A stretch of DNA of 64,000 bases from Malacoraja senta (Eukaryota). Positions 53,213-64,000 of the stretch are shown one piece after another. The notes under the pieces were generated by a model that saw nothing but the letters and a program-made list of their open reading frames with translations, was not told the origin of the DNA and made no database searches. Positions within the stretch are counted from its first letter, which is position 1. Every line of letters starts with the position of its first letter. Both the position numbers and the translations under genes were made by a program. Location: NCBI GenBank assembly GCA_038087875.1, contig CM075990.1, positions 9,178,001-9,242,000 on the forward strand. The letters run 5' to 3'.

Positions 53213-53467
53213 CATCATCTTCATCATCATCGTTGAAAACATCAACAGGCACGGTGCTTTACAATGCCGTGTACGACAATGATCGCAACCTAATGAAGTG
53301 TGGATGGCCGTGGCATGCTAGGAGCTCATTCGCCCTTTGACGGGTCTTGTTTTTGGTCTTGCTGGGGGTCCACAGCCCCCTCCTCACCTGGCAAACCAGG
53401 TGGGGGAGACAGTTTAGTCGCCGACTATCTGATCAGGGACCAGGCAGAATGGGATTACATGGTTGCC
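53213..53467 (-). mobile_element. Possible short non-autonomous RTE-derived element with (GAT)n tail
   Basis: GC-richer island that starts after a (tca)n microsatellite; family call is by resemblance only. Confidence 0.35.
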
Positions 53468-53765
53468 ACTTTCTAAAATATTTCAAGACCTACACTTAGC
53501 TTATTATTACTGAAGTGAGTCATATACTCTGATAATGACTCATAACTAATAACTGTTTAGTAAGAGAATACAATAACAATATGATCCCAAAATGCAGAGC
53601 GTGCTGAATGTGACAAAAACAATATAAATTGGATAAGGTTTTGTGATTCTTTATTTGTATTCATGAGCTAAAACTTTAACATGATCTATTCATCTTCTCT
53701 GCTGATAAAAATGTTTTAAAAGGTTATTGCAGCCAATGTAGAGCCACAAGTTTAATACTACTTAA

Positions 53766-54051
53766 GCACAGTGGCACAGCAGTAGAGTTACTGCCTTACA
53801 GCGCCAGAGACACGGGTACTATCCTGACCACAGGTGCTGTCTATACAGAGTTTGTACATTCTCTCCATGACTCTCCAGGATCTCTGGTTTCCTTCCACAC
53901 TATAAAGACGTACGGGTTTGTAGGTTAATTGGTTTGGTAAAATTATAAATTGTCCCTATCGTGCCAAATGGTAATAGAGTATGGGGATCACTGGTCGGCA
54001 TGGACTCGGTGGGCTGAAGGGTCTGTTTCTGCGCTATATCTCTAAACTAAA
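53766..54051 (+). mobile_element. HE1/V-SINE
   Basis: tRNA-like head, V-domain, tail ctctaaactaaa. Confidence 0.85.
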
Positions 54052-55879
54052 TGTAATGGTAGGACATGCTGTGATTAAACGACACCATGTTAATCAGACC
54101 ATGAGTTTATTATCTATCTGTGTATCACAGATCTATATTTCAAAACATGCACACAATTGAATTTAGTCCCAAGCAAAGATGACCAGATCCATTAAAAATC
54201 TGTCCAGTGCCAGTTAGAAGACAGTTTGAAAATACCTTTGCACACAAATAACTGCTGTAGATTCTGGCTCAGTTAATAACTTTAAATCCAATACCAGTAC
54301 ATTCTTGACAGCCAAAGGTTGGAAGGAATATGGAGCCAAGTCAGCAAGATGGAGTCAGCGCACAGATCCACCACGACATCTTTAAATGGCGGAAGATGCT
54401 CAAAGAGCTGAGATCTCTCCATTTCTGATGCTTTTCATCGCAGTCTTAAAAAGATTTTTACCCACGTCACCTTGTCTTGGCCATTGCTATTTCAATTCAA
54501 TGTTACTTGCTATTAGTTCTACCAGTCTACAAACCTTCAATAATGACAAATTAGATAATGCACTAAATTAGATCCAATGGATAACTTTCATCTTGCAATT
54601 TCTGGTTGAAGTAGAGGAAGGAAGGAACATGAAATAATAAACTGGAGAAACTTGAAGCTAGGTTCACATAATGTGGTGTGTTATTTTCCAGAATCAATAT
54701 TTGGGCAATAAGAATGAGATGGAAATATTTCCCCATTTCCGTACAATTTCAGCACGACTGACCTGAAGTTCTCAGAGAACAGTATATCCAGGCCAGTTAC
54801 TTCAGTTAACAAATGGACTTGGCTGTATAATATACTAATAATGAAGTGGATTCTAAACTTGTTAAAGTCACTGTATTCAACATTACTTTCATGGAACAGA
54901 ATGGATGTTTTCATTGCTTTGGTCATTTATACTAACACTTTCAATGACACTAAGCTGGTTCTACACATGGACTTGATACGAGGAAGATGTTCTATGAACA
55001 TACTGTAAACATTGTTTTCCCAAAGACTTGTTAAAAAAGTGATATCCTTGGATGGTTTGTTAATCTGTGACAGGATTCACCATTGCTGGTCTATTACAGG
55101 CTGCCTTCCAATGTGTAGACCAAGAAATCCAAGCAGAAAACTCCTTGGCAACAATTGTACAGTACTTTAGTGGTAAGTTCTGCTCTATTCTAAGGCTACA
55201 AGGTAGGTACAAGACTGATAACTGATATCACAAAGCAGAAGCAGAGAAGCTCATGCCAGACACCTTTTGTGGCCACTGATTCATAACAAGGAGATCATTT
55301 TGCCCCTTGCCACAGATCACTACAACCCATGATTGGTATTATGACAGGTGAAGCACATAGTATCAATGCCAATAGTACCTCTGTAGACACATCATTTGTC
55401 ATGTAGCAGAAATGCACGGCTTAAACTCAAATTCTCCTTTAGCTGAACTAAGTGAATTGTAAGCAGAGGGCAGTGATAAATCTCTGCTGTGTGCTTCACA
55501 GTGGGAAGCTAGCTTTATAAGGAGGGTCGTGCATTAGAATGATTTATGGAGCCATCAATGTGAACAGCAGGATGGAAAAACTCTCTAAAAAAAGGTCACT
55601 CCAAAACATTATGAGTATTTGAATAAAAGCTTTAACTTTAAAGATATTAAATATAAAATATATTCGTCTGAGAACTTTAAGTACTTTTATTCATTTCATC
55701 AAATGGAAAGCTCATTTATGTGGCCGAGTTTCCCAAGAAATATACTTCAAGCAAATCACCATATGTGCAAGCTTAAAAAATGTAAAACCTCAGAATGCTA
55801 GAAGTAGTAGCTACAGGTTCATTAATATCTGAAAATAGATTATGTTCGCTTGATGTTTCTTTCTTAAAATGACAATAAA

Positions 55880-56360
55880 CTCGGACATAATACTTGTTGG
55901 GGCAAGAAGAATTGAGATAGCAATGGAGGCTGGGAAGTATTAAGTGGTGTAAAACAATCAGCAGATCTGGAATCAATAGGAACAGAAGGTAAAGAGTGGA
56001 ATTAAGTAAGGTGGAATGGTGGCTAATGGGAACAATAGAGGGACAGGAGAGAAGAGGTGAACAGTAGATTGGAGGGTGATAGGGGATCCGATGGAAGAAG
56101 TGTGTGAGTGATGAATTTACCAGAATGTTGCCCGGATGAGAGGGTATTGGCTATAAAGAGAGGTTGGACAGACTTGGATTGTTTTTTTTCTAGAGAATAG
56201 AGGTTGAGCGGAGACCTGATCAAAGTTTATAAAATTATGAGAGGCATAGACAGGGTTGACAATCAGAACCTTTTCCCAAGGTGGAAATGTCAAAGACTAG
56301 AAGATATAGCTTTAAGGCCTGTGGGGGAAAGTTTAAAGGTGATTGTGCAGAGTAAGATTT
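55880..56360 (+). mobile_element. Degenerate CR1
   Basis: FTRMLPG, RLSGDLIKVYKIMRGIDRVD. Confidence 0.7.
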
Positions 56361-56714
56361 TTGAATTGCACAGAGATTGGGTGGGGGTTCGGGACATGCT
56401 TTCCCATAATGACATCAGTTTAAGATAGAAATGTAATCTTCTGTTTCTTGCTGCACTGGGAAAGTAAGTACGAAATTGTGGTATTGTTCAAGTTTCCTAG
56501 CTCTCAGGAAGGCTGCCTGGTTAATCTGCCAGGGTTAAACCAAACTCCACACTGATAGCACCGAGGTCAGGATCAAACGCAGGTCTTTGGCGCTGTGAGA
56601 CAGCAGCTCTACCAGCTACACCACCAAGCTACTTCTGGAAGAAAGGCGAGTTGTTTTATAATGGAAGTTTATTTCAATGCTATTAATTGATTTTCTGGTC
56701 CTTAAAGTTTAAAG

Positions 56715-56853
56715 GGGGTGGGAGATTGCAACCTTCACGTGGTCTACCCTGTTTCAACGAATGCAATCAACCTGGCGTGCACAAACAGAAGATCAAACAG
56801 AACAAGCTGTCTTACAACTTTAACCTGTGCACGCCATACGCAAGAAAAAGAAG
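56715..56853 (+). mobile_element. 139-bp retro-insertion with 11-bp TSD and AAG-rich tail
   Basis: aaagtttaaag at 56704-56714 and 56854-56864. Confidence 0.65.
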
Positions 56854-56869
56854 AAAGTTTAAAGACAAT

Positions 56870-57750
56870 AATTTTCCTATCTCCTTAAAAATGCTCAGCA
56901 ACCTGACCTCCATGGTATTCTGCAATGGAGAATTCCACTGGTTCACCAAACTCCGTGAAGACATTTCATTTCATCTCAGTCTTAAAATTCTTACTTCATA
57001 TACAGAGTGTGCTATTCCCAAATGAAGGGAAACAACTTCCTCACTTCTAGTTAAACCAATCTCTCCTTGTAGGACAGTCCTAACATATCAGGAATCAGTC
57101 TGGTGAACCTTTATAGCCTTTCAAATGAGGAGACTGAAACTAGTCACAATACTCTGCTGTGGTCTCACCAAGACACTGTAAAATGCAGTAAGACATTCCT
57201 GTTCCTGGATTCAAAACCGTTTGCTATACTATCAAGTCTAACATACTATTTACCTCAACTGCTTGCACTGCCTGCATATTTGTTTTCATTGGTACTGTAA
57301 AGGACACATAGATCCTATTTCTCCATCTCTTTGCCAGTTAGGTTATGCTCAGGTGTTCTGTTTTTCCTACCAAAGTGGATAACTTCACATTTATCCTCAT
57401 CATACTACATCAGCCTAATACTTATCTACTCACTCAATATGTCTCAATCACCTAAAGCCTCTTTGCCACCAGTTTCATGTTTTCAGAAAACTTTGAAATC
57501 CTACATTCATATATATCCCTCATCCAAATATTGTGATTAGCTGAATCCACAGCACAAATTCCTACAGTACTCATCTAGTCACTATCTGCCACCCTGAAAA
57601 AGCCCCATTCTGTCAACCAATCTTCAATCCTTGCCAGTATATTACTCCAATTATTATGTGCTTTAATTCTGCAAAATAACCTTTTAAGTGGGATTTTATT
57701 AAATACCCTCTGAAAAAGCAATACACCACATCCCTTATCTATTCCGCCAG
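56870..57750 (-). mobile_element. Highly degenerate CR1
   Basis: Reverse complement shows DFQRVFNKIP, ETGGK and EVIHFGRKN remnants. Confidence 0.55.
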
Positions 57751-59319
57751 TTACGACTTCTCACATTTCAAATATTACATCTCAACAAATCACAAGTAGC
57801 TGAGCAAAGAGAGCCAGTTAATTTTGGCTGCTTTTTCTAAGCTTCATTAAATTACCTTCTTCCCAGAATGAAAGATAGAGATTTACAAGCAGTACCTATT
57901 CCACAGAAAACTATTTTAACAGCAGTATTGAGAATAAACTAATTGAGAAATGAGATGAGGTGGTCATTTCCTTCAGGGGGATAGTTTGTAGTGGCCTTAA
58001 AAACTCAAATCAGTTCATCTCCACAGCCAACATTAGCATAATGTTCCACTTCATCCATAGGCATCCCCCTGTTAAAGCATATTACATTTCATCTTATATC
58101 TCATGTAGAATGAAGGGATTATTCTTTCAACTTTTTTATTCAAATCATTCGATACAAATTCCTTGCCAAAGATAATCTAATGCATGAATGTATTCACAGT
58201 CAATACAAATTTGTTTCAGTTTATTCACTATAACTTAGCCATATGGTAATTTTATAGCAAGGGGGATAATCAGCCCAATCAAATCACTGGAAGCATGATT
58301 CAAAGCAGTTTATGTCTACCCATTGTTTCTTTCATCTGTCAGCCTACAGGTTGAGAAGAAAATGTTTAAATCACTTTTTTTTGCAATAACGTGATTAAAG
58401 TGGGTGTCTTCATTGAGGTTAGCTGTCCAAGCCTCGCTCAGAAGCTTGGTGAGTGCTTCTGGTCCTGAAATGTAGCTCTATCATACTGTGGGGATGTTCA
58501 ACTACTATCCTCTCCCATCATTGTTGAGCTGAAGCTCCTCCTAAATTAGCATTTCTGACTGGTTTCCTAACTATAACAAGCTACAGACTGCTCCAAGCTC
58601 ATTAACTGCTGGGTGAAGAGTCCTCGATAGTTGTGTTTAATTACACCACCTATTTGTGTTTTCTGAAACAATAATTTAAAGGAATCAGTTAAACTAATCG
58701 CAATGTCGTCAAGCTTTAAATTCCCACAGAAAAAAAATAATGTATCCTGGCTCTAAAACCAGAAGGGAAAAATAATTAAATGTCAAGACATTGCAGGCAG
58801 TCTCCTACTTAAAGTGTTTAATTAATAAACTCTGCAACATGGTTGATTCATCGATACAGTGGCCTTTCAGTTCTGCTTACTGCAGTTTATTTTCCATTGT
58901 GATGCATGCAAAATCTATTCCAAGATGCTGGAAAATTTCATCAGTGGGGAAAAGGCACAAACTCTAAGTCGTTGACCATTTCCTAACGTTCCCATTAAAT
59001 GTCAACACGATAAAACAGTATCAGCAGCTTACCCTAAGTATTGCCTTCTGGAGGTATTTGTAAATAAAGTTTGGATGTCATCAGCATTACCACATCCATA
59101 AATCTTCAATAGGTCCCAGAATATCTCGCAATAAATTTATAAAATGACATCACGTCATAACTAAATAGACAAGGAATTTAACAATTATAATCATTAAACA
59201 TGTGCAAATTCTAGTCGGTTTCTTATAACTAATATTACCCTGATCATTTTGTAAAACTGATTCAATTTTTTTAACATAATTCCCGGAAACTTGCATTACC
59301 ATTAACCGAGAGAATAATC

Positions 59320-60841
59320 TGTGATGTTATAACAAACAATATGATTTGTGATGGGCCTGATGACATTCTCATTTACTCGTGTTTGAATGTTTAAATTATA
59401 ACTAGACTTTGAGTGAGAAACAAGCTAAAAATTGTGTTGCAAAGCACAACACAATAAATAGTTTGTATTCTTCAATATACTTTCAGTGATCAGCCTATAT
59501 TCTCAAACAAATGAGCTAAATTTCTTCACAGAAAGGCAGAATTTGAACAAGAAGGTCAAGTAAGCCTAGTGAATAAACGCCAATGGGGGAATATCTCCGC
59601 TGGCTGGAAGGTGGAGATCAATCATGTCTGCAACAATACATCTCTGTAGGTTCCTCAGGACAATTTCCTAGCATAATCACGTTGGATTCAGGACTTTTCT
59701 ATTTGTCATAAGGTCATTAGTGATAAAAAGCCATTTCTTACATTTGGTAATCAGTCCTCATCTAATGTAATAATTGCTCCCACAAGCAACAATTCATAAA
59801 CACCACCATCACTTGGGATGAAAAATCGCTTGGTATCCTTGGCGCACACTAAGACAGTGTCCAGTAAGATTTCAATCAACAATTTTTGATGTTTAATGAT
59901 ACCAACATCATTAATTTCTTGACCTTAAACATCCCAAAGCTCAACAATGACCAGACATCTAATTGCATTAACCATATAAATGCTATGACTACACATCAAA
60001 AGCTGGTTTTCCTTTGGTGCCACCTGGTTTACCAATGTTTTTTACCATGTACAATGTTCAACAAAAGTCTGATGAAATGGCTTACTTTACTAAATGAGTG
60101 CAGCTCCCACATTTCAATAAGTTCATAAGACATAATAGCGGTCATTTAGCCTATCAATCAACTCCGCCATTAAATCATGACTGATCTATCTTTTTCTCAC
60201 AACCCTTTACTCCTGCCTTCTCCCCATAACTTTGTCATCCTTACACAGCTGAAAAGCTTTATAAGGGTTTGGACAGGCATCTCATCCTCCACCATCTTAA
60301 CCACTCACTTTCTCTGGCAGTAAATTACTGGGAATAAAATTAATCATCTACAAGATTTAGCGCAGCAACTTTCCATGGTCTCTTTGATGCCCTGACAATC
60401 AACGTTAGCCAACTTGAAAAACTAGGTTAACACCATTATATTCTAAAGAACAAAGGACTTTCTTTTCCAATTAGAAACAAGGAACTACAGATGGTGGGTT
60501 ACAAAAAAAGGCACAAAGTGCTGGAGTAACTCAGAGGGTCAGGCACCATCTCTGGAGACAATGAATAGGTGATGTTTCGGGTCAAGACGAAGAAGGGTCC
60601 AACCCGAAACATTACCTATCCATTTTCTCCAGAGATGCTGCCTGACCCGTTGAATTATTCCAGCACTTTGCGTCACTCATTGGTATAAACCAGCATCTGC
60701 AGTTCCTTCTTATTACAAGAATCAGTAATTTGTTTCCATGCATACAACAATCAATGTGGCTGCCTAGGCCATCAATCTACAAGAATCAACATAAGAAAAT
60801 GAGCTCAGTCTGCAAAACAGATGCGGTTGGAAAATGAGTAG
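59320..60841 (+). repeat. Probable donor copy of the 1.5-kb inverted duplication; contains a CR1 3' remnant and a fold-back repeat (60473-60712)
   Basis: Reverse complement of 38184-39721, with unique flanks on both sides. Confidence 0.95.
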
Positions 60842-61325
60842 TCTTTCCATCCAGCAATCATCCTCACATATCTTTAATATTTTTAATCAAAAATCATTTC
60901 TCTTAAACAATTTTCATTTACCATTTTCCTGCAAGCACCAACTGTTTAAAGAATGTTTAAACAGCTACGAGTCATCATTATAAGATTATTTATTTGAACA
61001 AAGTTCGTTAATTTGCAATGAGCAGGTTAAAATCTGAGATACATTCCATCTTCTAATTAGTTTTACTGACTGGCTGATTTGCTATAGCATCGCTCCTCGG
61101 TATATCCAGATCATATTCCAGATTAACGTTCTATTTAACTTTGCGTCTTTAATGTAACTGCTGAAATGCCTCCTTTGAGAAAGAGGTCCAAATAGTTACA
61201 TCCAAAAGTTAATCAGAGTTTAATTGCCGAAGAAATTATGTATATCTAAAACTTCTGACCATTAGAGACGGGTTAAATCATCAAAGTGAATCAAAATCAA
61301 CACAAAATAGGTTGCTATAAGGCAA

Positions 61326-61640
61326 GTCACGGTGGCGCAACGGTAGAGTTGCTGCCTTACAGCAAATGCAGCGGCGGAGACCCAGGTTCGATCCTGATTA
61401 TGGGTGCTGTCTGTACGGAGTTTGTACGTTCTCCCCGTGACCTGCGTGGGGTTTCTCTGAGATCTTAGGTTTCCTCCCACATTCCAAAGAGGTACAGGTT
61501 TGTAGGTTAATTTGCTTGAGAAATATAAAAATTGTCCCTAGTGGGTGTAGGATAGTGTTAATGTGCAGGGATCGCTGGTCGGCGCGGACCTGGTGGGCCG
61601 AAGGGCCTGTTTCCGTGCTGTATCTCTAAACTAAACTAAA
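61326..61640 (+). mobile_element. Full-length HE1/V-SINE
   Basis: A box ggtggcgcaacggtag, B box ggttcgatcc, V-domain, and CR1-shared tail ggcctgtttccgtgctgta with (ctaaa)n. Confidence 0.92.
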
Positions 61641-62378
61641 CAAAACTATAAAACATAAATCCTGGAAATATGCAGATCAAACAGCATCTCTGACAAAAAA
61701 GTAGGTTGTACTTCAGCTCAATAATTATGTATCTGTATTTTCCTTTTATGCTTTGACACTTTCCATTGGCAATCAAAACCTAACGGATTAATATTCATGT
61801 AATGCAACATATTAATGTCGACACAAAATGGAAATAGCTTGCCTGACCCATAATAAGAACCCAAAACACAAAGAATTAAGGCAGGATATGCTGGAAATTG
61901 ACTTTAGGTCAACCACAGTTCTAAAGTGAGACAAAAAAAACTCATGCCTTTCAGTGGTATAGCTTTCATCATAGCTAAACATAAGAGAAGTTGACTAATT
62001 CAGCAGCTCTTACAACCTCAGAAAATGTCAGGTGGAATAGGCCTATGGTGTGAAAATCAGTAATTAGCCAGGTGGATCAAGAATAAAGGTGGGTCACATA
62101 AAATGACATGGCATGAGGAATAGGGGTCTTTAATTGTAGACACAAGTTCAGACACTGGAGTTCCCCAAATCTTAACTATAGCTGATTTGTGAAGGTATTT
62201 ACCAATAGCAGTAAATAAATAGTTGGTTTCAACTTCTGCCTTGTTCCTTGCATGCTATTGGCGTTGAGGGTGAATGAGCAAGGGGAAAGGGGTTTGTGAG
62301 GACACTTCGTAATAATTTAAAAATCTGTCTGAGACCACAAATAGTTTGTACTGCCTCAGTGGAAAATTGTCCAAGTTA

Positions 62379-62986
62379 AGGGCCTGTCCCACTTGGGCGA
62401 CCTAATCTGCGAGTTCGCCCTCGACTCATACTCGCAGCATGGTTGACACGATGTCGTAGGAGGTCTTCGTAACTCTCCTTCATGCTCGAGAGTGGTCTCC
62501 GCGTACTCGAGGCCTCAGCTAGGTCACGGGGTTTTTTTCAATATGTTAAAAACTGCCCACGAGTAAAAAAAGGCGCCATGGAAAAAATCAATACTTTTTT
62601 TACTCGTAGGTTTAGTCGTAGTAGGTCGGCATGTGAGTCGTAAGTAATCGAGGGTAGTCGAAGGATGTCCAAGGTAGTCGTAGATAGTCTTCATCATAGT
62701 CGAAGGGAGATCGAAGGAGATCGAAGGAGGTCGTCTTCACTCTCCACTATTCGGTGTCCAATTTTCCCAAAGTTAGTCGTAGCTAGTCGTGCCTAGTTGA
62801 AGCTGGTCTTCAACATAGTCGAAGGAGGTCTTCTACATAGTCGAAGGAGGTCTTCTACATAGTCGAAGGAGGTCTTCAACATAGTCGAAGGAGGTCTTCT
62901 ACATAGTCGAAGGAGGTCTTCAACATGTCATTTTTTTCAAACTCTTCTAAACTCGCCAATTAGGTCGCCCAAGTGGGACAGCCCCT
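62379..62986. mobile_element. PIF/Harbinger MITE (TSD TTA) with internal 5 x 22-bp tandem repeat
   Basis: TTA|AGGGCCTGTCCCACTTGGGCGACCTAAT ... ATTAGGTCGCCCAAGTGGGACAGCCCCT|TTA; (acatagtcgaaggaggtcttcW)5 at about 62813-62925. Confidence 0.92.
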
Positions 62987-64000
62987 TTAAATGGTTACGT
63001 GTTCAAGATACAATTCAAAGATGAGTACAAAGATGAATGCTGGTACACTTTTACAGAACCAAGAAGCTGCTGCAAAGCCAGGACTACCTTTCAGATTTGA
63101 TGATAAGCACTTTGAGCTCTTGTAGCTCAATTTAAAAAGAATGCTCTCTATTAATATCGCTAAGAGTATCACATGACTAGTTGAGGGATCTTGCTGTGTG
63201 AAACTGACTTCCAGCAACCATAAAATGTGTCGCAATCTCTTGAAAGGTACAATTTAAATCAAAATCCTTTTTTATGCAGTTCACGGACCCAATGATGACA
63301 CCAAGTAAAAAATGATTTATAAGATGTCCTATGGTTTTTCTTTTTGTACAGAACTTTTACTTTCGGAATTGAAGTAACAGAACCATTGCACATTTTTTAA
63401 CTTATCGTACTCAACATTACCTGTCGCTGAACTGTTTAAACATTGCTTAGCGATGCCTTCTACTCGAAACAACGAGTATGATACTTAACCATCTCAATAA
63501 CGGATATGTTTGACAGGGCATAGAGAGAAGAAGCATAAGAAATATGTTTTGGTTAATAGAAATTTCACACGTCAACATCATTGTGTGTTTTGATGCACTC
63601 TTAAATGTCACTATTTTAATGGTATTTTAACATCGTACTGCAGTCAATGCTTATTAATCTGTGCTTGATTAACCTTGGTTCTTTAAATTATGACAAATAT
63701 GACATTACACTCTCCTTACTGAATCTTTCTCATTTTCTGCACCAATGTACGAATATACAGTCCTAATAAAGCAGCACAACACGCTAATGATGTCACGTCA
63801 TCAATCCTTCCTCGTGATTTCTCTGGATGGTTGACTATCCTCAAGGGACGCAATATGGACATATTCACTGCCTTAATTAAATGGATTTTTGTGACTTAAT
63901 TAGAATACCAACTAAGCAAATCAGCTATAGAGATGACTTTTATCTAACCGAATTGTATGCCCACTATAATTGCAAATTGGTTAACCCTCTGATTCCAGGG

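Noticed and set aside
39722..59319. Inversion of the segment between the inverted duplicates
   Set aside because: The exon inside (43240) and the exon outside (14285) are on the same strand and in phase
59886..60128. Duplicated 80-aa ORF (also 38905-39147) as a conserved small gene
   Set aside because: Identity is due to the recent 1.5-kb DNA duplication; no splice or coding signature
61326..61400. tRNA gene
   Set aside because: The A/B boxes belong to the HE1 SINE head, which continues into the V-domain and LINE tail

Overview
Eukaryotic, AT-rich, repeat-dense vertebrate DNA. The HE1/V-SINE, CR1 and Penelope repertoire points to an elasmobranch, probably a skate or ray (inference). The window is mostly intronic sequence of a minus-strand gene recognised as CCSER2 (FAM190B). 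Two phase-compatible coding exons are visible, 43240-43447 and 14285-14371, separated by a 28.9-kb intron. The rest is transposon-derived: young and old CR1 LINEs, Rex1/Babar LINEs, a Tc1 interrupted by a CR1, a decayed Penelope element, and about a dozen short Penelope-derived fold-back repeats with hammerhead-ribozyme-like cores and 12-14 bp TSDs. It also holds PIF/Harbinger MITEs, three 1.04-kb TIR elements with unusual 7-bp TSDs, and a composite non-autonomous Helitron. The most unusual structure is a chimeric CR1 insertion inside the Helitron. It carries a 1.5-kb inverted copy of sequence from 20 kb away plus a 135-bp copy from 1.2 kb away, so long near-identical inverted repeats now bracket the 208-nt CCSER2 exon. 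All family assignments are from recognition of motifs; no database search was run.
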